Part shown: one piece after another, positions 13,545 through 28,000 of the stretch
Layout: every line of letters starts with the position of its first letter
Position numbering within the stretch: the first letter of the stretch is position 1
Assembly: GCA_002633005.1 (NCBI GenBank)
Contig: NMRA01000065.1
Coordinates: forward strand, 1,140,555 to 1,204,554
Length of the DNA: 64,000 bases
Direction of reading: 5' to 3'
Source: Phoronis australis
Lineage: Eukaryota; Animalia; Phoronida
The notes under the pieces: generated by a model
What the model saw: only the letters and a program-made list of their open reading frames with translations
What the model was told of the DNA's origin: nothing
Database searches by the model: none
Translations under genes and position numbers: made by a program

Positions 13545-13953
13545 TATATCTGCCCAGCCTACAGGCACACTGTCAAAGGTTGTACTCTATCTGTGCCCAG
13601 CCTACAGGCACACTGTCAAAGGTTGTACTCTATCTGTGCCCAGCCTACAGGCACACTGTCACAGGTTGTACTCTGTGCCCAGCCTATAGGCACACTGTCA
13701 TAGGTTGTACTCTATCTGTGCCCAGCCTACAGGCACACTGCCATAGGTTGTACTCTGTGCCCAGCCTACAGGCACACTGTCACAGGTTGTACTTTGTGCC
13801 CAGCCTACAGGCACACTGTCATAGGTTGTACTCTATCTGTGCCCAGCCTACAGGCACACTGCCATAGGTTGTACTCTGTGCCCAGCCTACAGGCACACTG
13901 TCACAGGTTGTACTTTGTGCCCAGCCTACAGGCACACTGTCATAGGTTGTACT
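13545..13953. repeat. Minisatellite, about 10 copies of a 39/43-bp unit
   Basis: TGTGCCCAGCCTACAGGCACACTGTCAYAGGTTGTACTC(TATC) repeated head to tail without spacers. Confidence 0.95.
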
Positions 13954-15108
13954 CACATACAAAGTAAGGTTGTTCGTCTGTGTGCACATATAGGCAAGTG
14001 CATCACCTACAGTAATAAATTAGCACTTGATGCAATTGGTGGTTATCTTGAATTAAACTTAGTAGTAACAACTGGTTAGCTTCGGAGCTTTACAAATCAA
14101 CAGTTTGTACTGCGCAATTAGATTTAACTGTGGCACCTTTTCTAACTTCTACATATTACAAAATAAATTTTGAAATTTCTAAAATTAGAAGAACACATTT
14201 AATTCCTTGGTAGCGAAGCCATCTTTGACACTAATATTTTTTAAAATAATGTTTTCATTAAATTTGCTTAGTTTGAATAATACTTCAGTGTTGTAATTAT
14301 TTTGTTTTTTGTTAATAGATTTAGTTGTGAACCCTAATATGAAAAACGGATGTTCCTTTGTTAAATATCTTGTTGGAATGCTTGTTGAAAAAATAAACAA
14401 GATCTTACTAAATGCTTACCTAATATCTCATTTTCTCTCAAATATCAGGTACAACCTGGTATGTTCTATACCAATTGCACAGAAACTTATTGCCAAAGAC
14501 AAAACACAACTCACAGTAGGGTGAATCCACAATAACTGAGAAGTCAGTAACATGGCATTTCATTTATGTTCAACACTAAATGTCCCAGAGTGACTTGACT
14601 CTGCTCCATTGATCAAAAGGACTGTGAATTAGGAAACCAAAGGTTACTTATACTTGATCAGGTTACAAATCGCACCAAATCAAATAAAATCACGAACTTT
14701 CAGGTTTTAAGTTTTAAAACACATAAAATGTAATGATTAAGTAATAAAAAAACAGCAACCAATGAAGACAAAACAAAGTGCAACAAGCACATCAACTATA
14801 TTTAGTGAAGAAGTAACAGCCAGTGAGTACACAAACTCAACACTACATTAACTACAAGTGTGTGAGTACATGAAACCACAAGTTGGTGTATCCAAACCAC
14901 TTTTTGAATTGTTTCACACCCTGACGTCAGTCCAACAATGAACTCACCCACCCAGTTCATCTGCTGGTGTTATTTCTCTAACAAACACAGGGCTGACCTA
15001 TTTGCCAAGCTGACTAAGTAAGTGGGACTGTCCAGATTAGCATATGACAAGGATATCATCATAAACCAAGGTTGTTATCAGTCCCAGGCAGTTCATCCTG
15101 TTTGAAGA

Positions 15109-18100
15109 ATGTGGGCTGCCAGCCTGGCAGGTGTGTTTATGTGTTTAGTGTGTTCTGTGATGAGAAGACTAGGAGCTGAAGCAGGTATAACTGAACTGAT
15201 TCATGTCTCATGTAGCATTTAACAAAACTATTCATTTAGTTAGATGGACAGTTTGTCAATAAGATTGAAATCAACACCCTGCAGTCCAAACCAGTGTTGT
15301 TTATCAACACCTACAGCAAGAACAAACAGTACTCTACTGGTTATTAATGCTACACAATCAACGTGGAGAAAGTTATTTCACATTATGTCCAGCAGTCATT
15401 ATTAATAGTTTTTTAATCCGCTATTAAGACATTACTGTGTAACCCATACTTAGTGTGATATTTCAAGGAATCCAGGCAAGGCATCTCGGTTCAGAGCACA
15501 GCTTAAAGCAGCAAAAACGAACAAAAACCAACTTTGCAGATAGGTCACTTACTGGCATAAATGTATGTTAAATCATGGAAGTTTTTTATATGGGTGAATG
15601 TTATTAACCAAGGTTGCCCAGTAAACATTTAGATGAGGCCATGTGAAAAAAATTACTTGGCCTAGCAAGCGAGGTTAATAACATTAACTTAATAAAATGC
15701 ACACAGTTTAACATGTTTACACCATATAATTATTTAAATTTTAATTCACATTTCTGTGGCAACTCCTGTGCAGTAACTGCATCACATGACAGAACATTTA
15801 CAGTGACATGTGACACGATTACTGCACAGAGGCATCAAGACGTATAAGGTATGTCACCAGTTTCAGTTTGCTGCTTATTTAAATTAAAAATGATTACTAG
15901 GTGTGAGAAAAAAGTTGATGTATTTAACACCAGACCATGGTTTATAATAGCTTTAATAGTATTTTATAATTTATCCATGGTGGAAACAGGGTCACACAAC
16001 TGTCTATTGTCAGTGGCAAATTCTTGCCCTAGTAACTTTACAGATGACAAGTAGGGAATTACAGAAGCAGTAGATCCAGGAGTGATCAATAATGTTATCA
16101 TCAAAGCATGTTTTAATCTGATCTTATTATCACTCTGCATAGAATTTACAACTGAACCTTTGTGTTGATCATTCCAGAGTCAATTGGTGGATATGAAGTC
16201 AAGACACAAGCACGCTGTTTCTATAACGCCAATAGGTTCTTTAGCCTCAGTTGTAAAGTAGCGACTAAGATATACATTGTATCAGCCACCTACAGTATAG
16301 AGAACTGTAAACGTGGGCCGGATAAGTACACAGGGCGGTCATGTTCTAGGCCAGTACATGAGGTGAACCCTGTACAGTACCAGCATATGATCACCCAGTG
16401 TACAGCCAGACGACTGTGCTACAACAGAATACAGGCCACACAAGCTGACTTGAGGAATCACTGTAACACCACATTCTACACAGACACAGTGACTATTAAG
16501 TGGATATGTGTTCCAAGTAAGACTGCATGACACACGTTTTTTACTAGTAGTTGCCATACATGAAGCTTTCCAGAACTTTACCCACTTGGGCATCCTACAG
16601 CCCAAAATATCCTGCAGCATTGAAGAAAACGAGTAATTAGCAAGGTGATAGTTGCCACTAAGAATAATGAAACTATACAACCTTCAAGGAGGCAACAGCT
16701 AGGGAACATTTGACATTTAGCTCTTTAACATTGTGCACAAAAGCATCTTGCATGACCTAATCTTTAATTGAGGTGTGCAAAAAGGGCAAGTTGACTGGGG
16801 CAAAATGCAATTTCTTTTAGTTGCATTCACCCCGATATTTGAGACTTATTTGGAGATTTTTGTGTGAATCCCTTGATTATCCCAACACACAAAAGTGACA
16901 AATTGTCAGCATAAAGTGGGACTGCAAACTTAAAAATGCTGTTTACCAAATACTCAATGGCCACCTAGTCACATGGTGTATTTCATTACGGAGCTGCTGT
17001 ATCAGAAGATGGCTTTTCACAAAACACCTTACACAGTATTTGATGCAGACATGCATCCACAACAGTTCTTACAGCATATAGTTAATCCTGGTCTATGACC
17101 TGACTCATTTAAGACCTGCGCTCAAAGAATAAAAAAAAACACCCGTCAAGGACTTTTTCTTTTTGAAGAGCAGCACTATTGAACAATTGAGCAAGGTTTG
17201 AAATGCCATGGTTTGCCAAGCATTGAGTAAAATCAAACTCCGCAAAAAATAACAGAACCACCTACAGTATGCTTTTTTGACTACAAGCATTTCACCAAAA
17301 ATGTTTGTGTACTTACCAACTACATTTATACTTGATGTCAACTTTCAGCATCTGCAGCATTTGACATGTGTCCCAGCATGACAGAGTCAAAAATTGGGAA
17401 GAGGGGAATCTTGCAAAATACACGTTACCCACAATACAGTAGTTTACCACCATCAATGGATTGTCAGTGCAAGCTGTCTGTGATGAAACAGACCACAATA
17501 TCCATATGGATAGTAGAACTACAACTGAACAGTCAGAAGACTGCGTGTTCATCTGAACTGGCACTGACAGCTCCACACCAACCATCAGCCAGGTTTGACT
17601 GTCAGTACCGTGCTCAAACAATGGTAGTAAGGAAGAATCTAGCAAAAAGTGCTCAAGTAAAGGTGTTACTGACATCTGATGGCATCTCACAGAATGGCCG
17701 ATACACACTGCTCTATCAAGGTATGTTCACGCTCAAGTATTGTTAATAGAAAACAAACCAAGTATCAGTTTCAAAATTGTTAAAGCTGTAGGTGACTTTG
17801 CATTCTCAGTTTCACATAGTTACATTTAATGAATTGAATGGAGTTCACTTGATGCCATCTATGGCTAGACTAGATGCCTTTATTGTTGTCTGGAGCTCTA
17901 AGTGCACCTAAGGTTAAACATCCTTTGAGTCTGCTTAACCTGCACTGCTTGAGGTGAAAGCCTGTAATCATGCAATCATGCTCATTCAGGTAACTGTACA
18001 AATGTACAGGCAGTTAGGAACAAGAATGATATCTATCCTGTTATCAAGCTCATACTTTCTAGGAACAATGGCAGTTAATGTCACATGTGGACTCTACCCA

Positions 18101-21100
18101 TTCCAAGTCCGGTCAACGACACAAGCACAATCATCTTCTAGATTGTCATCAATACCTACAGGCCATGGCCTTAACACATCTGTTACACCTTCAATGTAAG
18201 TTTAACAGTGGTTATGGAGATGTAAGGTTATATTAGCACTACAAGAGCTGCCATACCAAAGTATGTACACCATCCATTCTGGAGATCTGACTTGAGCACA
18301 GCATCAACTGTCACACAACCAATGTGAGAACATCACTATCTGATCCTGAGATGGAACATCATCAGGTCATAGAATCAACAGATCTACCACAACATCACTA
18401 TAAGTAGTATGTGTACCAATTTCTCTTGAGATGTAACCTCATCAGGTCATAGCATTGGCAAATCTGCCACACCATCACTATAAGTAGTATGTGCACCAAT
18501 TTTTTATGAGATGTGACATCACTAGGTCACATCACCAACAGAAATGTCACACCACCAACAAGTATACAAACTGTTCATGACCAGCGCTCCCCTATTCAAA
18601 TTTCACTGCATTCTTTGGGGGTATTAAGATAACTGGATAAGAGCTGGTGTAGAGGAGTCCTAATAGCTCTGGCGTTGCTCACGGTGGTAATCACAGACAC
18701 GCATCTTTGTTCCCTAATCCCAAAACAAAAGAAGTCATCAAAGTTCAGGTACTGTGGTAAGTGTCAACAGAAATCACAACCACGATAAGAAGCATTCAAG
18801 GTTCCCAGTTAGGAAACAGGTGCCGGTAGTGCCTAATGTCTTGAGGTCTGACATCACCAAGTCACAGTATCAACCGAAGTGTTACACCATCAATGTATGA
18901 GTACCGACAATTTCTTGAGATGTACTATCACACAGCTGTCATAGCAACACTTGGAAAGCCACCACATTACCTGCTATACCAGCTATGCACAGCTAGCTTT
19001 AAAAAAAAACAAGTTATTTACAATATACCAAGTCTTTGTGGGACCCCAGTGCAAGTAGTAGATAAAACAATTAAACAAACTTCAGTGTAAACAATCTGGT
19101 CAATGGCCAGGCTCATGTAAGCTCTCTATTCCCGGTTTTGAAAATGACAGAATTAAAAATGAAAATTAGCCAAAATTGTTGTATTAGGCTTCAGTTCTCT
19201 GATACCCATTTACGGATGCTTTCGAATCCTGGCACCAGACACTGAAAGAGCATATAAGAACGTTTAATGGACTAGATTGATATCTGAACAAACCTCAACT
19301 TAGCAACCACTGCCGCTTGTAGTTGAAACCTAACAAGAGGTTTTTGTAATATCTTCTATATAGTTGCCATCTTCTTCCAGAAACAAGCCTGAGCCAACTG
19401 TTACGCCAGCTTCCATCTCAAAAGGTATTTATTGTAAATTTTCAATGTTATATTTAGAATACGTAAAAGTCGCAAAAGTCACCAACCTTAACTTAAAATG
19501 GCAAAAAGGACCAAGTATTGTTAGTCTCCATGCAAGTATATCAATAGACCACTTGCATGTTTCCTAATTTAACAGGGGATTAGTGGAATCAAATTAGGCT
19601 GTTAGTTTTGCTGTGGAAATCCAGTATGAGGTCTGTGCAATAACAATTTTAGCATTATGAGGAAGGGTGGGACAAAATCAGCATTGTTTCTCATCTCGAA
19701 AAAGACGTGTTAGCATGGTAAATATTAGTAAAACGTTAATCGATCATCCGTTTGATGTGCAGAGGCTGTAGCTGGTGGAGTGAGCGGTGCTGTTGTGGTT
19801 CTTTTGGTGCTGACAGCAGTCATAGTCTTCTTGTATATCAGGTGGGTTATTATGCAGTTGTCACTTACAGGGGTCTCTACACTTTGAGAACCAGTTCCAT
19901 GCTTGTTGTTCAGTGAGGAATACTGGGTCTCAAAATGCAAGACTGTAAGTCGTGACAATTGCCAATCATATTCACATTGGATTATTTCTGTGCTAGTCAC
20001 CATAAATCTAGGGCTCTTCATGAATTCATAACCATTAGAAATTTCAAATAATAAAATTTGAAGAAACTATTGCGGCATTCTTAGTCTTTTTAATGGAGAA
20101 GTGGTTTTAGTCAGGCCCATTAGCACTTCAAAATCTCAACTTTTGAAAACTAAGGAAATTCAACATATCAACATTAAAACTTAAGAGAATTGTAGCACTT
20201 CTTCAGTTTTCCAAGGAGTCACGAGTGTTATGATTTTACTAAACTGGAGTTTTCAGAATATTATTTTGAATGTAACCAACATCTGAGTGTTCTCCACAAC
20301 TTAAAACCGGACTGTTGAAGTGTGTGACCAACAACGAACATGATATATTGCCCACCCCCTACTTTTGAACATTTCTGAATAAAGTGCCGACTGTTCAGCT
20401 AAGTGCGTACCCTCTACTTTTGACAACTTTCAATTAAGCACTCACTCCCAGGATTGGCACCCAACTGTAACTTGTATCACACAACTAATTCTCAAAACAA
20501 GAAGGCATCCTTTCAAATGAGGAAATCTGATGAAATGCAATTTCAAAGCTGATACAAACCCATATCCTGAGGCTGCGAAAACAAATTTTAATATAGATGA
20601 GTTGCTGTTATAAAATTGGTCTCAAGCTGTCCCTCACATTCGAAGCAGTTGATGGACAGACCTGGGGTTCAGGTAGTGAATTCCCAGCCAATTTATTTCA
20701 TCAGTTAAACAAGATCTTAAGGTTATGTAGGGCTTTGGAAAATCCAAATTGGAACATCTTATCTAACAAATGGTAGGTCGGATTTGTCCACATTGCTGTG
20801 CAGAATTGTTTTGAAAATGCTCCACTTTTGCATATGGGTTTCTCAAAAAGTTACCTCAAAGGAAAACAAAATGATAATTTATCAAATTGTGACAGCGTTT
20901 TTGAAATTTCAACTTGAACATTGTAACAACTGAAATTTGTTCAGTAAAAAATTGTCACATAACCCAATTAATGGAAGATTGCAATAAGTTAATAATCAAA
21001 TTAAACAGGCTTCCTACTTTCAGAAAACACAAACTTTTACACAATTAAACTCTCTAGTTTTCTACAAAATTGTCAATAAGGTCCTACATATCTTTAAGCA

Positions 21101-21821
21101 ATATTGAACTTTTAGCTCTTCACAAGTATAGAAATAATTTCAATTTTGAATGAGAAACAAGTTAGACGGATCAGTTTTATATAACAGCAAGTGGTCTAAA
21201 TCCTAAGTAAGTCTTTATGGCAGATGGTTGGTCATCAGCAGGTTCGCTATAGTTCACCTCTCTTCCTACAGAAGGCATCCGGAGAAATCATGTCTCCAGA
21301 CCAAGGCAGTGGCAGAGGGAGGTACATCACCAACACCTGGTAGAGCTGATGATGAGGGAAACAGACTATCACATTTACAAATATCAGAGCCAGTACTGAC
21401 ATCAGCCACTAACCAACAGGTGGTGGCAGACAAGGGCTGTAAAAACATAGCTGAAAACGTGTACGCTCAACCTGGACAAGCAATCGATAGTAGTCTGGAA
21501 AATGTGTACCAAGACCCATGCAATCCCTTAGACAAAGGTGGTGGCTACACATCACTGTCTACTGGAGGGGCAGCTGGAACAATATATGATACACACTACA
21601 CAGTTTTGGACCACAGGGACAACAACTACACTTCCTTGAATGCTGGCAATGCAGGGCTACTGGACAGTTCAGAGTACACACCTCTAGAGGGAGCTGTAGA
21701 GGAAGGAGGTGTTGATAATAACATATATTACAGTATAGAAGCACGTGGTATGGAACACAGCAAGGAAGAGCCACCATACTATGAACTAGAGACCCAACCA
21801 GACAATGAAGCAATAGCATAA
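15109..21821 (+). CDS. Receptor gene 3, about 530 aa. Exons 15109-15184, 16178-16516, 17349-17720, 18063-18195, 19381-19424, 19763-19841, 21272-21821
   Basis: Signal MWAASLAGVFMCLVCSVMRRLGAEA. Lectin exon ends WICVP. CUB-like exon has RYP..DCQCKL..GRYTLLYQ. TM is AVAGGVSGAVVVLLVLTAVIVFLYI. Tail has many YxxL. Joined length 1593 nt is in frame. The two short stalk exons (phase-2 join) are the least certain part. Confidence 0.8.
20717..21097. mobile_element. TTAA-flanked TIR element (MITE, possibly Kolobok-like); relatives at about 4865-5300, 21873 onward, 39973 onward and ending 45963
   Basis: Left end TTAAGGTTATGTAGGGC, right end GGTCCTACATATCTTTAA. Internal ACAGCGTTTTTGA.ATTTCA is shared with 5105-5130. 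Confidence 0.65.
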
Positions 21822-22289
21822 GGGAGACATCTAGTGACACTTCAGAAACAAGTTATCCCCTTATTTTCTAAATAAAGGTTATGTAGGACCTCATCGACAA
21901 GTATGTGTATTTAGTCAACTTTAGATTTTAACACAGTAAAAATATAGATTTTTGAAAGTAGAAAGCTTGTACAATTAGATTTTTGACCTTATGCCAAAAA
22001 CAGAAGCTCATTAATTAGAAAACAAAGGTAATAATGGCATGTATAAATTTGATTTTTACATCAATGTTCAAGATGAAATCTCACAAAAAAACTGTCATGG
22101 ATTATTTTTGTTTTATTCATCTTTGAGTCTTTCATAAAAATAATAAGTAACAAATTTGAAAGCTCCTCATGCAAAAGTGTAACATTTTAGAAACAAGCCA
22201 TTTAACAAAAATAGTGGAGGTGGTCTGATACATTGTACCAAACACCTGAAACCATTTTATTTATTAAAACATTAAGACATATACACACA

Positions 22290-22410
22290 TTCAGACCAAG
22301 CTGAAGAGCTAAAGATCGGACTCCTGGGTGTAGCAGTGGGATCCAATGGTATTTGAACGTACAATCTGAACATGAGGCAGACACTCAACCCACTTAGATA
22401 CACGGCCTCC
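22290..22410 (-). mobile_element. tRNA-derived SINE-like fragment next to an assembly gap
   Basis: Reverse strand reads GGAGGCCGTGTATCTAAGTGGGTTGAGTGTCTGCC..GTTCAAATACC (degenerate A/B boxes); no intact cloverleaf. Confidence 0.45.
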
Positions 22411-25050
22411 TAAATNNNNNNNNNNNNNNNNNNNNNNNNNNNNNNNNNNNNNNNNNNNNNNNNNNNNNNNNNNNNNNNNNNNNNNNNNNNNNNNNNNNNN
22501 NNNNNNNNNNNNNNNNNNNNNNNNNNNNNNNNNNNNNNNNNNNNNNNNNNNNNNNNNNNNNNNNNNNNNNNNNNNNNNNNNNNNNNNNNNNNNNNNNNNN
22601 NNNNNNNNNNNNNNNNNNNNNNNNNNNNNNNNNNNNNTAGAGATTCTAGAATATTCTGAGAACAAATTGTAACAGCCAATAATATGAGTGGATATGATCA
22701 TGTGGTTTTTATTAGCCAATCACTAAATAAGTAGAATGTTATATTATGGGCTGAAATCAGCAAGATAATCAGATGCGCTAAAGTAGTTGAAGCATAAATA
22801 CTTGCTACAGTGTACAGAAGCAGTTGTACGACAGAGCCATCTCGTGGAAGATTCTAGAAAGGATCTTGGCAAGGGCAAGGGTTAACAAACCGGAAGTTAA
22901 CTAAGAGCTTGTCACTTGCATTGTGGGTAGTGAGATACTACCTGAAGTGTTGCGTCATCAGCCAGAGACTGTGACCAGCAAGAAGATTCGCGGGCAGAAG
23001 AAATTGCTTGCAAGTGTTGCATCACCAGAGACGGTGACCAGCAAGTACACTGTCGCTATACAGTGTGTGTAGTTTGAAGATTCGCCAACAGGACAGACAT
23101 CCAACAAGTGGAGAGTCCTAGCTTGGATAGCAGATAAGACATTTGATCGTTTGATTAAAGTAATCTTTAAAGAGGGCGCTAGCGTAGTTTCTCTTTGTAG
23201 TTGATTACTTAATTAACGATAGGTTTCATTTGTCTAATTAGGGGTTATCATATAATAAATTAATTACTGGATTTGATTATTCACTCTCCATCTACGCACA
23301 ACTTCAAAGCATAGCTACCTTTTAAACAAACCCACACAGACAATCGTCTGACAATGCAGTTTCGAGGATAGGGAGTAATGGGCGACAAGGAACACACAGA
23401 AAAAAGAAAAAGACACTAGGGGCAGAAATGCCGTCGGTCAAACCGTCTTGAGACAGGACTTACATGCTGTCGTCTATGTGATAGTAACTTATTCACCAAA
23501 TTTCATGAACATCCATCGAGGAACTTGATAGACATCAAGACAAATGCAAAGAAAAACAAAACTAGGAAACTACAGTAGTCTGATATGATCAAAATCCACA
23601 CTAGCAGTATTCTACCTATAAAAACACATGGAAAAACACCACTAATTAGAAAGCACTGCAGCAATTGGACCTGCCAGAAAATCACTGTCAGCTATGGGTT
23701 TCCCTGACGAAACATACATGACTCTTACACTCGTTTGGTTGATTAGAGAGGTGGACACCTAAACCAGAATCAAAAATAATGATATCAATTTTCATAATGA
23801 TCCTCACAGAGGTTTGTCCAATAGAGACTATAAAAGTGGCCACTAGGTGGCACAGAGTATGTTTGGCTTATGAAAAACAACTTCAGAACAAACACATGCA
23901 ACAAAGGTTTTACATGGCATGATAATTTTCCAAGTCAGCCAATATCTCCTTTCTGATAAGCCTAGTGTCCCAAATTAAATGATACCCTCACCACATTCAA
24001 ATTTCACTGAGTTTTTAGGGCCGGCATAAGATCACTTAACTAAACCACGAGATCACTTAGCTAAGCACATGAAGAGTCGATCAGTCGAACAAGGTGAAAT
24101 GCAATTTTACTAAAAGTTTGGATCAATTTCATTGTGATTTTACAAGCACCTCAAGAGGAACCTACATATCCAGGAGTCACAAGGAAGTTTCTGTTATTTA
24201 CTTGAAACAGGAAATGACAGAAACACGATCACCAACAATGGTTAAGAGTGGGATATCTTTAAGTCATATCTAAGATCTCCAGATGGGAACAAGGAACGTA
24301 CCAATCAGAAGGGTGTCACCACAAGTTTCCCAACAAAAGTCATCATGGAAAAGGTGTGTTTCCAACAAAATTTCATTCAAAAGGATAACTTTGGGAGTGC
24401 AAACAACTTCAAAAGCTTTATAAGTTTTCCAAGCAAAAAATAAGGATTGTCAGTATGTTCTACATATATTTAAAAATGTTGCAAATGATGCACTCATTTT
24501 TCACAACGCATCTCTTCTTACACTTGTGTAATTTGTTTTGGGCTTAACGTGTTGAAAGTTCAAATGTCCAGGAATAGATCCTTCTGAAAGGCTTTGGTTT
24601 CATGGAATTAACTTCTTTCAAAGACCGGAATCATCGGAAGAAAATACTGAAAAAATATGACTTTTTCAGGAATATGCCCTACAAACTAGCTCTCCCTCCT
24701 ACTCAAATCCACTCACTAAATATGGGTATAGTCTGATTTTCCCCCTCCCATTAGACCTTCCTCAGTAGCAATAAACATGAAAAGAAGGTCATGCCCACCA
24801 GGTGGAGATCATATAGACCAGCATCAAAACACAAAAGGTTTATTGATATTCCAAACATTATACAATCAATAGAAACCAGCTCAGCACAGACAGGTCAAAC
24901 ACACAGTACCACAGGATAATAGGCACACACTGGTTCAGTCTGTGGATATGAAACAGGAAGTTATCATTGATAGATCTGATACTGAGTATTTTCATAAGTT
25001 GAAATCCTTAACAAGAAAGAAGGGATTACCTGACAGCATTTGCAGCTAAC

Positions 25051-28000
25051 ATGACACGATTCTATATCTCATGCCTGTCAATGATAGGTGTGCTGTACTT
25101 TGTGACACCTACAGAAACGGCAGGTAAGTTATAACAAATTTAAGGCAGTAAGCAAGTCCTAGGTGTGGCTGGAAATTGTACAGTGATAAAGTTTGTCCAC
25201 TGACGCTGTGATTCTGTAACCAATAACATTTTGCATAGTCAACAAGCTTATAGCTGATGGAATATTTTAACAACCTTGTACTTCATCAAACATTTTTATG
25301 AAAACTGCTGCCATCAAGAAGCCTGTTTATGAGAAGTCACTTTGTGTGGAGCAGTGGAATTATGGGTCGAAACCACAATGATATGTGTAGCTTGCCTACC
25401 ATCTTTGCTAGTAAGTGAGTTAGCATTGGAAGATATTGGTAGGTTTATTACTAACTTAAAAATCCTTCAAGAATCAGGTCTTTGAACAAAACAAATAAAC
25501 CCACTATTAGTATTGTTACAGTGACCAGTTCAACTTGACCTTACTATTCAAGTAGGTATTATGTAGATGGTGCAGGTATGATGTGTAGTTTATCCAACAA
25601 AAACCAATCAGCAAATAACAAAGAACATTTATGATAATATTTTTTAATTGTCATGTTCTTCAACTGAGAATTATTTTGTTTATGGCGCACTGAATGAATG
25701 GTGAGTAGTCAGAGCCAAAAGCCACTTTGTTCATGGTAAATTATGTAGTACCATAGTTACAGAGAAAAGTCAACTCCAGAAATACTTCCTTGCATAAACC
25801 TAACCCTTTCGTAGGGAATTCTAGACAACTCACAAATGATATCATTTATACCAAAGGATTTTAAAACCAGGAAAATATTGCATACCTTTCTACAGGTATG
25901 TATAGTTGGGAAAGGGAAATTGCAGTATTGAATTTCCAAAGTGAACCCTTTTCAAGGAATTTTGTGGGAAAAGATCTGTCTTTCATGAGGAATTTGCTGG
26001 AAAAGGCACTCTTTTAAATGGATACTGGTCGTGAAAGTGTTTTTTGAGCAGCATTTCCTGGTAAATGTTCTCATCAGAGTACCAAGGTACCTTGAGTACC
26101 AAGGGTTGAAATGCTCGACTGATTTTAATTAGCTGCCTTTGCATCAAATTCATGCATAATGTAAACAGGCAAGTTGTGCAGAGTACGATGAACGTGTTTT
26201 AGCTACATGAAAGATTAGAATTTTTAAACATAATTTTCAGATCTTGGAGGTTTCTACATACACGAAGCAAAATTTTGCAAGCAAAACACGATCTCCCTGA
26301 CATGTGCAGCAGAAGATGAAATTCTCATGATTCTTGGCGTTACGTTTGCAAGAACAAATAACAGATGTAGCAAAGAAAAGTGCTCAAGAAACCTGGTGTC
26401 AGTGAACGAAACTCTGTACAAGAGTGTTGTGCACCGATGTTCTGGGAGAAGAGTCTGTGAAGTTGATAAACGCCTTCTTCAAAGTTTGTCCTGTGATGAC
26501 AAAGGACATGCAACACAGTTTAGAACTAGTCATATATGTGTACCAAGTAAGTATCTCGAGGTAAATGAGACCGGGATATAGCTCTTAAAACTGTGAGAAA
26601 ATACAGGTTCTTTAAAAGATTTTTGCTGTAAGGCAAAATGAGATAAGGGTGTGGCTGATTAGTTAGTCTCCGTAACTGTCAATTTCCACAATGCCACTGC
26701 AGAAGACGGTGACAATTACAATATGATGTTCACAACGATGATTGTGACAAGTGTAACTACACTGTGACTCAAACTTGACCTGCTATGAAGATAAAAGCGA
26801 GCTTTATTGTTTGAAACTCAATTTGAAGCAAATTACAAGTGGACTTTGCTTTATTTAATTGGAAACACTCAAAAGTAGATAGTGGGTGCTTAGCCAAGCA
26901 GTAGGCACTTCATCCAACATTTTCAAAAGTTGGTTTTGGGCGCTTACATGAGCTGGGACATTAAACCTGAATGTTCATTGTATAGAAATGCCATGATAGC
27001 CAAAATTCTGAGGCCTTCAGTTTTGAATGGACGCAGCATGACCTCAAAGCAATGCTCAGCAACACCAGGGCCCGGTCTCTATAAACTTTTTACTCAAAAT
27101 GGAATTCGAAATTATGTTTGGCATTTTCTACTCTACTTTTGTGGGAACTCAAAATAAGTGTCTATAATTCTATGCTCAAGTACATAATGACTTACGTAGA
27201 TAATTTTTTAATCCACACTGGCAGTTGATAAACCCAACATTAAGGCTAAAAGTTCGAGTTTTTTGAGATTGAAGTCGAAATTTTGAGTTTTTACTCGTGT
27301 TTATAGTATGAAAATAAGGGTCTTCCAGAGCAAACTTGGACTGGAAACTCATATGCATAAACTATAATGTATTCGAGCACAGTCTGATAACTACTTATCT
27401 TGAGTTCGCACAAAAGGAGCAGACGAATTGTCAAAAATAATTTTGGGTTTGTTTCGAATATAAAGATTAGAGACCAGGCTCAGGTGCATACTATTTCTTG
27501 AAGGCAGTGCCTTCTAAAAACTAAAAGCAAAGCACAGGTTTTCAAGAAATAATCATGGTAACAATCAAATTTCAATGATGACCGCCAAAACACAAAGGGT
27601 TCTATTAAAATTTTGGGAGTTGACAAGAGTCCAGGTTGTGCTGAGTGTTAGGAGATCAAAGTGACCTAAGTACAGGATAACCCGGTCCCATACTTGGTTA
27701 ACAGCCACCCCAAAATTTTGTTTTTCAACAACAACGTTTAGCTTAGTGCCAAACGACTTTCTTAAAAGGGCTAGGGCCTCAGGTTTTCTGAGGATTTTGA
27801 TGAATGGACAGTTTTTGTGACATTCTGTCATATTTGAGAGGAAAATAGCCACTTTTTTACTGAAGGGGATGTGAAATAATTATTGTTTGAACTTGAAACA
27901 GGGATTGCAAAGTCAAATATTATAAATTTTGGAAATGTTTTTATTAAATACCATACTGATGTAATCAATCCTTTTTGGAACGAAGTTCTAAGTAACTGGT

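Noticed and set aside
13545-13953. Regular ~40-bp repeats resembling a CRISPR array, and ORF 13580-13867
   Set aside because: No unique spacers, no cas genes and a eukaryotic context. It is a minisatellite and the ORF is a by-product.
14870-15040. RUNX-, CRE-, ETS- and kB-like motifs upstream of first exons
   Set aside because: Short motifs expected by chance; no conserved arrangement across paralogs could be shown by eye.
22637-23305. Possible solo LTR after the gap
   Set aside because: Has short direct repeats and an ATTAAA but no verifiable TG..CA ends, TSD or second copy.
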